A DNA stretch of 63,938 bases, the filler included, from an uncultured Ignavibacteriales bacterium (GTDB lineage Bacteria > Zixibacteria > MSB-5A5 > GN15 > JAAZOE01), in NCBI GenBank assembly GCA_964611355.1. It is 3 parts of 3 records of this genome, joined end to end, with 100 filler letters (N's around TTAATTAATTAA, not from the genome) between each part and the next. Parts side by side here need not be neighbours in the genome. Positions count along the whole stretch, not along the records: positions 1 to 24,461 come from CAZSYD010000034.1; 2 more parts are not named here. The stretch is one strand, 5' to 3'. The stretch's first letter is position 1. Each line of letters opens with the position of its first letter. Below are positions 10,108-20,501 of this stretch, in pieces. Both the position numbers and the translations under genes were made by a program. The notes beneath the pieces were generated by a model, which made no database searches, was not told the DNA's origin, and saw nothing but the letters and a program-made list of their open reading frames with translations.

Positions 10108-10515
10108 CTACTGCTTCCTCTGGTATTTTTCTTTTTCCCGTCCCGACCCATTGTCCGATACGGATAGTTGGAACATATCGATCAGTTGCTGACGACCGGA
10201 GCCAATCGTCATCAGCCGCCCACTTACGATAATAGGATACTTTAGAAGATCGGGGTACTTTACAAACAGGTCCAATAATTCCTCACGGGGAGGAATACTA
10301 TTATCAAGCTTAACTTTTTTATAGACGGCACCGCTGCTGTCAATAAAATGCTTAAAGTCGAAATGCCTTAGAATATGGCCAAGTTCGATCCTGTTAAAAG
10401 GCTCTTTTTTCAAATCCCGCACGACCACCAGAATATCGTGCTCCCCGAGGAATTTTTCAGCCTCCTCGCAGGCAGGACAAGGGTTTCTATAATAGAACTG
10501 CGCTCTTCTCGACAT
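10108..10515 (-). CDS. ArsC/Spx-family thioredoxin-fold protein
   Basis: N-terminal CPAC, DLKKEP, PDLLKYPII pattern of the ArsC/Spx/YffB family. Confidence 0.75.
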   Translation of the reverse strand: MSRRAQFYYRNPCPACEEAEKFLGEHDILVVVRDLKKEPFNRIELGHILRHFDFKHFIDSSGAVYKKVKLDNSIPPREELLDLFVKYPDLLKYPIIVSGRLMTIGSGRQQLIDMFQLSVSDNGSGREKEKYQRKQ

Positions 10516-10798
10516 TGTTCCTCCGGAGTCTGTCAGGTCAAGTCCAAAGGTGTATTCACTAGATTGAATAAATTAATATACTGTTAAAAACCGTTATGGC
10601 AAGTTTTTTTTGACTATTGCCAGCCCTTTTTTCGCTTATGTTATCGGTTATTATTTACCATTCTTTACGGATTATAATGACGCCTGAGAAATCACTGCAA
10701 TAAACCCGGCCCGCTTTGGAAATAATCCGCGTATAAAAATCAACCAATAAATATTATTGCCGTCATAATATAAACTCAGCCGCCGTTGCGGCAAGGTC

Positions 10799-11713
10799 TT
10801 AAGAGGGTTTTCTGCGGCGATCTTTTTCGGGACGAATAACTTCGGCCAGACCCTCGGAATAATTGATCAATCGCTTGATAACGTCTTCAACCAGAAAATC
10901 GGGCGTGGATGCACCGGCGGTGAGACCGATTATCTCAACACCCCCAAGCCGACTTTCGTCGAGGGAATCAGCCGAGTTAATCAGAACGGCGCGACCGCAG
11001 ATCGCCTCTGAAATGCTACGGAGCCGCTTGGAATTGGCGGAACTCTCGGAACCGACAACCAGCATCAGATCAACCTTGGGCGCCAGATCCATGACCGCCC
11101 CCTGCCGCCGGCTGGTGGCATCGCAGATGGTATTAAAAATCTCTATCCCCGGAAAAATCTTTCTCGCTTCTTCACTAATCCGCTCAAAATCCGAAACGCC
11201 CACGGTGGTCTGGGAAGTTAGAGCGAATTTGCGCCCGTTCTCCGGTAAAACCTTTAGTTCCTCTATATCGCAAACAACCATGACCCGTCCGAGCGGCGCC
11301 TGGCCCACGACGCCTTTTGTCTCGTCGTGATGGATATCGCCATAGTGAATAATTTGATATCCGTTGCTCACGAGTTCGTGTATGATTTTATGAATTCGGA
11401 TTACCAGCGGGCACGTGGCGTCGATAACCTTCAAACCTCTCTTTTCGGCTTCCTCAAACCATGATGGCGGAGCACCGTGGGCGGAAATAATTATCGTCCC
11501 GCCAGGAGCCCCGGCAACCGAGGATACCGTATCGACACCGCCGTCGGCCAGCTCTCTAACCACCGAATCGTTGTGGACTATCTCGTTTATGACGTTGACC
11601 GGGCCAATTCCGGTTCGGCCGCTTTCTTCGGCTATTTTTATCGCCCGCTTGACTCCCATGCAAAACCCGTAATGGTGAGCAAGCATGATTTTTTTAAGCG
11701 TCGATTTCGTCAA
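10799..11713 (-). CDS. ispH: 4-hydroxy-3-methylbut-2-enyl diphosphate reductase
   Basis: GFCMGVKRA, IVHN, SAHG, DATCPLV, SQTT, NTICDATSRRQ, SANS, TAGASTP. Confidence 0.96.
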   Translation of the reverse strand: MTKSTLKKIMLAHHYGFCMGVKRAIKIAEESGRTGIGPVNVINEIVHNDSVVRELADGGVDTVSSVAGAPGGTIIISAHGAPPSWFEEAEKRGLKVIDATCPLVIRIHKIIHELVSNGYQIIHYGDIHHDETKGVVGQAPLGRVMVVCDIEELKVLPENGRKFALTSQTTVGVSDFERISEEARKIFPGIEIFNTICDATSRRQGAVMDLAPKVDLMLVVGSESSANSKRLRSISEAICGRAVLINSADSLDESRLGGVEIIGLTAGASTPDFLVEDVIKRLINYSEGLAEVIRPEKDRRRKPS

Positions 11714-11755
11714 GTTGAGCCACCAGTTCAGCTTTTGTCGTTGAAATATGCGTTC

Positions 11756-12349
11756 TCAATCCTGATCATTTCCAAATCTGAGGACAAAATATTCATGCAG
11801 AAAAGTTGACCCGGTCAATTCAGGATGAAAAGCCGAGACCAGTATGTTCTTTTGCGAGAGAAAAACCGGATCATCGCTCCATGACAGCAGGATTTTTACA
11901 CCATCACCGACCCGTGTCACCCGGGGGGCACGAATAAAAACCAGGTCAAATTCCTCTGAATGACCATTAAGGACTATTCGCGATGGCGCCACGGTGGAAA
12001 ACACCTGGCGGCCGTATCCGTTGCGGCTGACGTCGATATCAACGGAGCCGTAAGGAATGATTGAATCGTCGTTGACCCGGGAAGCCAGAAGAATCATCCC
12101 GGCGCAAGTGCCCCATACGGGCGCGGATTTAATAAACGATGTGAATTCTTTTTCTATTTGTAATCGTTTCAACAGATCAGCGATAACCGTCGATTCACCT
12201 CCGGGGATAATAAGACGGTCGATCTTTTGGAAGTCGCCGACCTGCCGTACGGCCACTGATTCGACGCCAATCCTGTCAAGCACCTGCCGATGTTTCTGAT
12301 AATCGCCCTGCAGAGCCAGCACTCCGACAACAGGTGAGATGCTGCTCAT
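11756..12349 (-). CDS. pdxT: PLP synthase glutaminase subunit
   Basis: [40 protein letters not shown]. Confidence 0.96.
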   Translation of the reverse strand: MSSISPVVGVLALQGDYQKHRQVLDRIGVESVAVRQVGDFQKIDRLIIPGGESTVIADLLKRLQIEKEFTSFIKSAPVWGTCAGMILLASRVNDDSIIPYGSVDIDVSRNGYGRQVFSTVAPSRIVLNGHSEEFDLVFIRAPRVTRVGDGVKILLSWSDDPVFLSQKNILVSAFHPELTGSTFLHEYFVLRFGNDQD

Positions 12350-13227
12350 CGGGTATGCAACAACTCCGCTTCGTCAATCGCGGCCACGCTTCTACCCTTC
12401 ATGGAAGCTCCCAAGCCGCGCGAAATCTCCGCAAGCTCTTTCGGATTGTCATACCCGGCGACGGCACTCACGATAGCCCTGGCCATCCGCTCCGGATTTT
12501 CGGACTTAAATATTCCTGATCCGACAAAAACCGACTCGGCTCCCAATTGCATCACCAAAGACGCATCAGCCGGTGTGGCCACGCCTCCGGCGGCAAAGTT
12601 CGGTACCGGCAGACGGCCCAACTTGGCGACTTTTATTACCAGGTCAAGAGACACGGCCAATTCTTTCGCCTTTGATGGAAATTCATCCTGTCGGAGCATC
12701 GTCAGTTGTTTGATCTGCTTATTGATCAGGCGCAGATGTTTGACGGCCTCGGAAATATCGCCGGTACCGGCTTCCCCTTTGGTGCGGATCATGGCCGCCC
12801 CCTCGGCGATCCGCCGCAGCGCTTCCGACAGATTGCGGCAGCCGCAAACAAACGGGATCCTGAATGGATGTTTGTCAACGTGGTTTTCATAATCAGCCGG
12901 CGTCAGCACTTCCGACTCATCAATGAAGTCAACTTCCAATGCTTCCAGAATCTGCGCCTCGGCGAAATGCCCGATCCGACATTTTGCCATGACCGGGATG
13001 CTTACCATCTTTTTAATTTCCTCAATTATGGCCGGATCGGCCATGCGCGCCACACCACCCTCGGCCCGGATATCCGCCGGGACTCTTTCCAGCGCCATGA
13101 CCGCCACAGCGCCGGCGTCTTCGGCAATCCGAGCCTGCTCGGCGCACGTAACATCCATAATAACACCGTTACGCAGCATTTCCGCCAAGCCAATCTTGAC
13201 GGTCATCAGGTCTTTATCTTCGCTCAT
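12346..13227 (-). CDS. pdxS: PLP synthase lyase subunit
   Basis: [56 protein letters not shown]. Confidence 0.97.
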   Translation of the reverse strand: MSEDKDLMTVKIGLAEMLRNGVIMDVTCAEQARIAEDAGAVAVMALERVPADIRAEGGVARMADPAIIEEIKKMVSIPVMAKCRIGHFAEAQILEALEVDFIDESEVLTPADYENHVDKHPFRIPFVCGCRNLSEALRRIAEGAAMIRTKGEAGTGDISEAVKHLRLINKQIKQLTMLRQDEFPSKAKELAVSLDLVIKVAKLGRLPVPNFAAGGVATPADASLVMQLGAESVFVGSGIFKSENPERMARAIVSAVAGYDNPKELAEISRGLGASMKGRSVAAIDEAELLHTR

Positions 13228-13546
13228 AACTTATCTCCCTGGGCGGGGCTCAGCCATAATATAACAAGCCCTGCTCTGCTCAGTAAACAAATCGTATTAA
13301 CGCAGCCGGTCAGGGACCAACTGATATCCGCCTAATTCCAAATTATAATAATATGTAATCCAGGAGACAAAAGCAACCCCCCATATGGGGACAGCCACGA
13401 TTTGAGGAATTCCGGTGTTAAGCCACCGCCGTAGTGAAAACTCAGCAATTCCGCATATGCCTGTCGGAAAACCCCGGCTGGGTTAACCAAGCGGCATCCC
13501 CTGATAGAAAATCCGGACCCGGTTCCCCAAAAGCAATTCGTGTCCG

Positions 13547-13948
13547 CTAAGTATTGAGGCCGCTAAAAGTCTGCTTCTTAAGAGCCCCTGTTATCTGTTT
13601 CTGCTGTTTGACGAAAAACGGTCTTATCTCGCATCCCTTTTCATCAGTACAATCGCGATGACTGCCCTCAACGCACAGATTGATCTTGACCGGTCCGTCC
13701 ATAGCCTCAATAACATCAAGAAACGAAATATTCCCGGCAGGTCGCGCCAGACGGTATCCGCCTGTAATCCCCTGAAATGAAACAAGGATTCCGGTCCGGG
13801 TCAATTCATTCAAAATCTTGGCCAGAAATTCTCTGGGAATACTCTGTGCGGTGGCAATTTGGCCGATTGAAGCCAGTTCGCCCTTCTCTAACCGAGCCAC
13901 GTAAGCGACCGCTCGAAGAGCATAGTCGGCCTTTCTTGATAGTTTCAT
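13547..13948 (-). CDS. Rrf2-family transcriptional regulator with three C-terminal cysteines (possible Fe-S sensor)
   Basis: DYALRA, FLAKIL, GITGGYRLARPA, LDVIEAMDG, C-x7-C-x5-C. Confidence 0.9.
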   Translation of the reverse strand: MKLSRKADYALRAVAYVARLEKGELASIGQIATAQSIPREFLAKILNELTRTGILVSFQGITGGYRLARPAGNISFLDVIEAMDGPVKINLCVEGSHRDCTDEKGCEIRPFFVKQQKQITGALKKQTFSGLNT

Positions 13949-14360
13949 GGCTATTTTAATCCTCTGTGTTTCAAGTGCTTATGTAAAACCCTGACATTTT
14001 TAGGACGGTACTCAAGATCGATTTCCCGATCCTTAGTTGTTGCTGGAGATAGAAACCAATCATCTATACCAAAAAATAGTAATATCAGACCAATATTCCC
14101 ACGTTTTTTTTGTTATTCGGAAAAAAACTTTATTGCCCTGATTATCCTGTACGGAACCCCCAGGCACTAAAACCGTCACATCACAAGCAAATGAAAGAAG
14201 ATAAAAAACATATACTCGATCCGGCGATAAAGCTAATAATCCCACACATGCCGGAACTTTAATTTAAGCTGAACGTATAATGAATCAAAAGAACGCTGAA
14301 AATACCGGGATTAATTTTTTAGAAAAAAAATCAGCAAGTTTCATAGAGAATGGTTGACAG

Positions 14361-14390
14361 AAAAAAGCCCCGTATCGACGGGGCTTTTTT
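14361..14390. terminator. Intrinsic terminator, potentially bidirectional
   Basis: AAAAAAGCCCCGT-ATCG-ACGGGGCTTTTTT directly after the dehydrogenase stop. Confidence 0.8.
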
Positions 14391-15535
14391 TATTTTATCC
14401 AGCGCCTTTTGATTTTTATATTTCGCTTTATCAACTGCCGTTCAAACAGTTTCGGATTGACCGCTTTCTCCTGAGCAACGACGCCGCGGGCCGTAATCTG
14501 ACCCGAGGCCGCCATGACCGCGATTATCGTCAGCGGAAACGACGTACAGCGCATCATCGAGGTCAGGCCGGTCTTTTTATCCTGCAGGTCGATAATCTCC
14601 GAGACAAGACATTTCTTTTTGCCTTTTACTTTTCCCTCGGTTGTCAATCGTATTAGCGTAATATCAGGTTCGGCGAAGCTCAGATTTCTATCCAGAACCG
14701 CCTTCAGTACCGACCGGGGCGAAACCCTGACGCCATCGACCGCGATCTTGTCCCGGTCGCCAAGACCGATATCGAGTATTGTTTTGAATTTCTCGCAATG
14801 GCCGGGGTAGCGGATTGTTTTGTAATCGAGGTTCTTAAGAATCCGTCCATATGTTTTGGGAAGAGTTGAAGTACCTCCCGAAGTGGTAAAGGCTTCAAGT
14901 TTTCCGATACCGGAGAAGCTTATATCCTCGACTTCAGTCATCGGTTTTAACTTAATCTTCCTGCCGTTCCTGATGACTATTACCGGCTCGCAATATTCAT
15001 TAATCAAACCCTCGGCCGAAAAGAGCATCTGGTAGTTAAGCGGCGGATGCGGCTTTTGCGGCAAGCCGCCGACCCGGATATAAAGCGATTCCGGCTTGTC
15101 GAACCTAGCCAGATCACCGGCGGCGATAATCGAAACCATCCCCGGCGCCAGCCCGCAATCCGGAATAACCACCACGCCGGCCTTTTTGGCGGTGCCGTTC
15201 AGCTTGAACTCCTCGGCGACAATCGTGTTATTGCCGCCCAAATCCATAAAATGTGCACCTGCTTTAATGGCCGATTGGGCCAGGCCGGGGTTATATCTAT
15301 ATGTTACCGCCGAGATAATCGTATCAAACTGCTTGAAACGCCGATAAGCGTCCTGCATTCTACCTGCATCCAGCCGTCCGGCAACGGTTTTATTATGGCC
15401 ATATTTCCGCGCAATTTGTCGAGCCAATTTCAGATCAATATCGAACAGGCTGACTTTGGATACCTTATCATTATGGGACAGATCATAAACCGCCGCCCGT
15501 CCCATCAAACCTGCTCCGACCACTGCGATTTTCAT
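14390..15535 (-). CDS. Saccharopine dehydrogenase family protein (lysine 6-dehydrogenase-like)
   Basis: MKIAVVGAGLMG Rossmann start after AAGGAAAGG, DLGGN, DCGLAPG, GGLPQKPHPPLNY, LDYKTIRYPGH. Confidence 0.85.
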   Translation of the reverse strand: MKIAVVGAGLMGRAAVYDLSHNDKVSKVSLFDIDLKLARQIARKYGHNKTVAGRLDAGRMQDAYRRFKQFDTIISAVTYRYNPGLAQSAIKAGAHFMDLGGNNTIVAEEFKLNGTAKKAGVVVIPDCGLAPGMVSIIAAGDLARFDKPESLYIRVGGLPQKPHPPLNYQMLFSAEGLINEYCEPVIVIRNGRKIKLKPMTEVEDISFSGIGKLEAFTTSGGTSTLPKTYGRILKNLDYKTIRYPGHCEKFKTILDIGLGDRDKIAVDGVRVSPRSVLKAVLDRNLSFAEPDITLIRLTTEGKVKGKKKCLVSEIIDLQDKKTGLTSMMRCTSFPLTIIAVMAASGQITARGVVAQEKAVNPKLFERQLIKRNIKIKRRWIK

Positions 15536-15640
15536 GGCATTTCCTTTCCTTATTTTAAGGCAGGCATTACACAATAAACGACAGACTTTGGCGAATCAGA
15601 CAATCAAGGTACATCATACTCAATGCGCCGAACAAATTCT

Positions 15641-16180
15641 CTATTTGGTCAACAACTGCTGGTTCTTATCTACGAAATTTCTGAGTTTCTCAACCGCGCG
15701 CAAAACGTAAACTTGATATAACTCAAATGCTGTGGAATTATATTGTTTGACATGCTCGGCATTTATATAAAACTGGTCATTCCTCTTTCTAATGAAATCA
15801 TTAAAAAAATTCACCTGAAATTGGCAATCTAAGACTAAGTTTATAAAGGTATCCTTTAGTGAATCGTTTTCAAGGTCGAATGTTTGTATGTTACTATATA
15901 GCCGCTCAATCGACAAAACCCTTAAATAGGGAAAAGGTCTTCCAGCTTCTCTGAAATTTATTGTGTCTTGATAATAAGGATAGACTAATTCACTACAATT
16001 TAAATCAATTTCAAAAATGGCATTATCGATCAATCCTTTTCTTTGTTCTTCTATAGACTTGGCATAAAAATGATTTGAAATTATCAAGCTTATTATGCCT
16101 CCAATTACTAATCCTCCTACTCCGAAAAATACATCTCGCAAGTTAATTACGATCTTTAGCTTATTAATTATTTTACCCAT
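15641..16180 (-). CDS. Hypothetical protein with one N-terminal TM helix, AT-rich
   Basis: 179-aa ORF with AAAGGGA RBS and a hydrophobic FFGVGGLVIGGIISLII segment; visibly more AT-rich than its neighbours. Confidence 0.6.
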   Translation of the reverse strand: MGKIINKLKIVINLRDVFFGVGGLVIGGIISLIISNHFYAKSIEEQRKGLIDNAIFEIDLNCSELVYPYYQDTINFREAGRPFPYLRVLSIERLYSNIQTFDLENDSLKDTFINLVLDCQFQVNFFNDFIRKRNDQFYINAEHVKQYNSTAFELYQVYVLRAVEKLRNFVDKNQQLLTK

Positions 16181-16202
16181 AATATAATCCCTTTCTCAAA
16201 AT

Positions 16203-18395
16203 TTATAACAACTGCCGTCTTTTGCGAATAAACCATTCCAGAGATAACGAGACAATAATGATAATAAGAAGAACCAGGTTGTTCCATAACCTGATTTCAT
16301 GATTTTCTTCCACCCTTTTTCTTTCCACGTCAACGGCGTCAAGCAATGGATTCAGATTCTTGTAGGAGACAAAAACGCCGCCGGAGTTGCGTGCGGTTTG
16401 AGCCAGACTGTTCCAATCAACGTCGGCAAAAGCGGTTTCCCGGTCGATGTCGTCGACAACGAATTTACCTTCGAACCTGCCCAAGCGGATGCTTTCGGCA
16501 AAAAGCTCCGCTCGGAAAGTATATATGCCCGTAGACAGGATGCCCACTTCGGAACGGTATTCGCCTTTTCTCGCAGGGTCGGGCAAGATTCGCGCCGCGG
16601 CGCTGTCGCCGGTTTCCGATACAATTATGAGATTTCCCGTACCGTTTTCGATGGGGCGGAACCCTTCATCGTGAGCCGATCCCGCAAAAGCGACCTTTTC
16701 CCCACTTTCAAAAACTTCCTTAACCGACCTAAAACCGATTCGGTCCGATTCGTCTCCAATTGTCAGCCAGCGGATTGCAGCCGCAAAGAAGTCTTTATAC
16801 GGTCCTGTATCGTGGCCGACGCCGACCGGGTAAAAGGCCCAATGCCAGAAAGGAGCCACGGCGACACTTAGTATTTTGCCGGCTCCCATCCGACGCAGGG
16901 CCATGATCGGGATGTTTTTAAGTTCATAGTCGCCTTGCAGATATCCAAGGGGCACACCACTGGAACGAACGGAATCAATCGGTACTACGGCTGTAAACGG
17001 GGGTTGGCTTCCCCAGATAGCAGCTATTTCCTGGCGCGTATCGGCCAGCTTTAGAGCCGGATGAAATATCATTCGTTGGTCAGGGAGAAGATGAAACCGG
17101 CCATATTCGCAAGACATTCCAAGACGCGGCGCAACCGCCAGTGGCGATAATTCGGCCAAGCGATTACCCTGCGATGATTTTGAATACTCTTCTCCCATTA
17201 AAATCAACAGACCGCCGCCGCGATCGGATAAGAAAGAGACTATCCTTTCATAATGACTTTTGATTTGATCCAGGTTCGGATCAATCATAATGACCAAGTC
17301 GAAACCGTTCAGTTTTTCCTGAGTATTCGGAAATCTTTCCCCCAGCCGGTCGCCGCCGGGCGCATCGATAACGCGGACTAATTCATAATCATTGCAGCTT
17401 TTCAGAAAGCGATTCAGGAAAGCATATTCCTGGTTTAGAGACGAAACATAAAGGAGTATTCGCAACTTGCCCTTCAAAACACGGACGGAAAATCTCCGGC
17501 GGTTGTTAAGCAGATTGCTTTCATCTCCGGGCGCGGATACATTCAAATCAAGTATCAGCCTGCCCGGAACCGCGGGCGTATATGAAAGATCATATTCGCC
17601 TTCCCTGCCGTCTCCCGGAGGAATAACCGATTTCTCGGCCAGCACTCTATTTTCATCGGACAGTTTCAGACGAAACTTTCCGGCAAAACTACCCTGCTGC
17701 GATACGATTACCTTTACTTCCGCCTTCCGTCCGGCAAAGATTACCTCGTCAAAATCGACGCGATCCAGCGAAATGTCATCGGTTCGGCTTGAATCGCCGA
17801 CCGCTACCGCAAATATCGGTTGATCGATAGAACCTGCCAGATCGGGCAGGTTTTCCCCTTCGGTGGCCCGTCCGTCCGATATTAACAGAATATAATCGTG
17901 CGGATTGATGGCCGTTGACTGCCGTAGTTGAATGAGCGCCTGTCCCGGGTCGGTCTTATTACCCGACAGGTTCAACCCCCGTTCGGAGACATCCAGAGAT
18001 TCGGCGAAGGAATAGAAATCGAAATCAACTTCATCACGTAGTTGAGACAAAACCGAACCATCCAAAATCTCCTCCGCCTTCTGAAGACGAGAAACCGCCG
18101 TATTATTATTAACTGCTAATTTCATCGAAGCGGAACGATCCAGAAGAAGCGCCATCCGCTTTTTTGGACGTTTCACGGTTGAGTACGAAATAATCGGCTG
18201 GGCAAGCGCCAGAAAAAGGGCAATGAACGCCAGCCCGCGGAGCACGGTCAACAACCACCGCACCGGTTTATTCAAAGGCGGCGTCGTGCGGCGATAATAA
18301 AGACAGGCCATGCCCAAAAGAATCAGGCACAGAAGAATAGTCAGCCAGAGGTAACCGCCTAAAAGCTCTACCTCGAGATCATTCATGCTCGGCAT
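16203..18395 (-). CDS. Membrane protein with vWA (MIDAS), Ig-like and GATase1-like domains
   Basis: Two N-terminal TMs, LLLDRSASM (DxSxS), ILLISDG, FLSDRGGGLLILMG, C-terminal SLEWFIRKRRQLL. Confidence 0.8.
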   Translation of the reverse strand: MPSMNDLEVELLGGYLWLTILLCLILLGMACLYYRRTTPPLNKPVRWLLTVLRGLAFIALFLALAQPIISYSTVKRPKKRMALLLDRSASMKLAVNNNTAVSRLQKAEEILDGSVLSQLRDEVDFDFYSFAESLDVSERGLNLSGNKTDPGQALIQLRQSTAINPHDYILLISDGRATEGENLPDLAGSIDQPIFAVAVGDSSRTDDISLDRVDFDEVIFAGRKAEVKVIVSQQGSFAGKFRLKLSDENRVLAEKSVIPPGDGREGEYDLSYTPAVPGRLILDLNVSAPGDESNLLNNRRRFSVRVLKGKLRILLYVSSLNQEYAFLNRFLKSCNDYELVRVIDAPGGDRLGERFPNTQEKLNGFDLVIMIDPNLDQIKSHYERIVSFLSDRGGGLLILMGEEYSKSSQGNRLAELSPLAVAPRLGMSCEYGRFHLLPDQRMIFHPALKLADTRQEIAAIWGSQPPFTAVVPIDSVRSSGVPLGYLQGDYELKNIPIMALRRMGAGKILSVAVAPFWHWAFYPVGVGHDTGPYKDFFAAAIRWLTIGDESDRIGFRSVKEVFESGEKVAFAGSAHDEGFRPIENGTGNLIIVSETGDSAAARILPDPARKGEYRSEVGILSTGIYTFRAELFAESIRLGRFEGKFVVDDIDRETAFADVDWNSLAQTARNSGGVFVSYKNLNPLLDAVDVERKRVEENHEIRLWNNLVLLIIIIVSLSLEWFIRKRRQLL

Positions 18396-18476
18396 CGGTT
18401 TTTATACGATTTTGACGCTTTTCAGATGACGACAAGTTTTTATTGGATCGCCATTCCGCCGGTTTGAACAAACCCA

Positions 18477-19463
18477 TCAATTGTCCCGGGAAACGGCAAA
18501 ACCAAGCAGTTCTCTCAAAGTACGGCTATAGACGCTATCATTCAAAATACCGAATATATCAGCCGCCTTGCCGGAATAGGATCGAGCGATCGAATAGGCG
18601 TAATCGATACCCCCCTGCTCGGTAATAAACTTAATCACCCGGCTGACCCTCCCCGCCTTATTGGTTCCGTTATTTAGAAGATCGACTATTTCCAGACGCG
18701 CCTTTCGGGATGATTTCGACAAAGAGTAAATCAGCGGAAGAGTTACTTTCCCCTGAATTAGATCACTTCCAAGCGGCTTGCCGGTTTTCTCGCTATCGCC
18801 GATATAATCCAAAAGATCGTCGGCAATTTGAAATGCGATACCGATGTTCTCACCGAAATCCCGAAATCTTCTCCGTTTTTGGTAAGAGGCTTTTTTCAGA
18901 ATCGGACCGGCTTCGCAGGCCACGGCGAAAAGAGAAGCTGTTTTGTCGGAGATGATTTTTATATACTCCTCCTGGCCCAGATCATAATTGGCCATCTCCT
19001 CAATCTGCCGGAGTTCCCCGAAGCTGACCCGCTCCGTGGCAACGCTTATTGAATCGATTAATTCCCTGGAACCGGTGGAAACCATTACGCGGGAGGCCTT
19101 GGAAAAGAGGTAATCGCCCATCAAAACCGAGACCAGATTATTCCACCGGTAATTGACGGTTTCCCGGCCGCGGCGGATTTCGGATTCATCGATAACGTCG
19201 TCATGTAGAAGAGTAGCCGTATGAATCAACTCGATCGACAGAGCCACATCGACCAGTTTCGGAGTATAAACCCTGCCGCTGCGAGAAGACAGAAAAAGAA
19301 GCGCCGGGCGAAGCCGTTTGCCCCTGGAGGTCATAACGTGCCTGACAACGGCATTGATCAGGGCAGAGTCGGCGACCAGACATTTATCCTGTTTCTTGTC
19401 AAACGCGTCCAAGTCTTTGGAGACCGGCCGAACCAGTTCTTTCAAATTTAATCTCGTCATCAA
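18477..19463 (-). CDS. Long-chain polyprenyl diphosphate synthase
   Basis: GKRLRP, IHTATLLHDDVID (FARM), RRG, KTASLF, FQIADDLLD (SARM), GKVTLP. Confidence 0.93.
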   Translation of the reverse strand: MMTRLNLKELVRPVSKDLDAFDKKQDKCLVADSALINAVVRHVMTSRGKRLRPALLFLSSRSGRVYTPKLVDVALSIELIHTATLLHDDVIDESEIRRGRETVNYRWNNLVSVLMGDYLFSKASRVMVSTGSRELIDSISVATERVSFGELRQIEEMANYDLGQEEYIKIISDKTASLFAVACEAGPILKKASYQKRRRFRDFGENIGIAFQIADDLLDYIGDSEKTGKPLGSDLIQGKVTLPLIYSLSKSSRKARLEIVDLLNNGTNKAGRVSRVIKFITEQGGIDYAYSIARSYSGKAADIFGILNDSVYSRTLRELLGFAVSRDN

Positions 19464-19568
19464 ATTACCTTAAAGGCGGATGATAATACCCGGCAATTAA
19501 TATGTCAAACCGATTTGCATAAAGCCGGGAATTCTGAAAATATGCGGCTGATTATCAAGCTCACGGGA

Positions 19569-20357
19569 TTATCTGCGGTATTTCTTGGCTTCCTGCCAGA
19601 GCCGCTCCATTTCATCCAAATCGGTTTCCGAAAAAGCGCGACCGTCACGCTTGAGAGAATTTTCAATATATTCAAAGCGCCCGATAAATTTGGTCACCGT
19701 CCGCCGAAGGGCCTGCTCGGGATTAATGCCTACTTTACGGGACAGGTTCACAAGCGCAAAGATCAGATCGCCCAGTTCGTCGGTTAATCCGCCGATATCC
19801 TCGGCGGAAAATTCCTTCTCCAATTCGGCGATCTCTTCCTTAAACTTGGCGAAGATATCCCGCGGGTCTTTCCAGTCAAAACCGACGCCGGCCGCCTTCT
19901 CCCCCACCCGGTAAGCCAGGATCAGCGCCGGCATAGACTTCGGCACACCTGCCAGGACCGACTCCTTTTCATTTGATTCCACTTTTATTTTTTCCCATTG
20001 ATCGCGGACTTCCTGTGGATTGAGCTGTTTTTTTTCTCCAAAAATATGGGGGTGGCGGCGGATAAGTTTATCGCAAATGCCGGAAGCTACGTCATCAATA
20101 TCAAAATGTTCGTTTTCTTCGGCAATCCGGGCATGAAAATAGATCTGCAGGAGAAGATCACCCAATTCCTCTTTCAGTTTGGGAATATCGCCCGCTTCGA
20201 TTTTTTCGATAACCTCATAGGTTTCTTCGATCAAATAGGGAATCAGGCTGCTATGCGTCTGACTGCGGTCCCACTGGCAGCCGTCTTCGGCCCGGAGATA
20301 AGCCATAATAGCGCGAAGCCGTCCCAGCGGAGGTAATTTGTCAAAATCAACAGCCAT
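19569..20357 (-). CDS. mazG: Nucleoside triphosphate pyrophosphohydrolase
   Basis: GCQWDRSQT, EETYE, EELGDLL, KLIRRHPHIF, GFDW, DELGD; start after AGGAG. Confidence 0.95.
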   Translation of the reverse strand: MAVDFDKLPPLGRLRAIMAYLRAEDGCQWDRSQTHSSLIPYLIEETYEVIEKIEAGDIPKLKEELGDLLLQIYFHARIAEENEHFDIDDVASGICDKLIRRHPHIFGEKKQLNPQEVRDQWEKIKVESNEKESVLAGVPKSMPALILAYRVGEKAAGVGFDWKDPRDIFAKFKEEIAELEKEFSAEDIGGLTDELGDLIFALVNLSRKVGINPEQALRRTVTKFIGRFEYIENSLKRDGRAFSETDLDEMERLWQEAKKYRR

Positions 20358-20446
20358 ATAAGATTCTCCTCGGCGTTGCCGATAATACGATACAATATAT
20401 ATATCGCGGCAGAAATCCAAATCTAAATTCAATTATTGACGCCATA

Positions 20447-20475
20447 TTGACATTTGCCGAGAATATGGATAGTTT
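20447..20475 (+). promoter_or_regulatory. Candidate sigma70 promoter for valS
   Basis: TTGACA (20447-20452), 17 bp, TAGTTT (20470-20475). Confidence 0.6.
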
Positions 20476-20501
20476 GAAAGTTTTTGAGGAGTTATAGCCG
20501 G

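Noticed and set aside
13380..13545. GGGGACAGCCACGATTT and nearby GC-rich hairpin-like sequence between rrf2 and pdxS, possibly a MITE or riboswitch
   Set aside because: No second copy, clear inverted partner or recognisable aptamer in the window
14390..15535. Possible carboxy(nor)spermidine dehydrogenase giving a second polyamine route
   Set aside because: Motifs fit the lysine 6-/saccharopine dehydrogenase branch; it is 6 kb from the spe operon and has no partner decarboxylase
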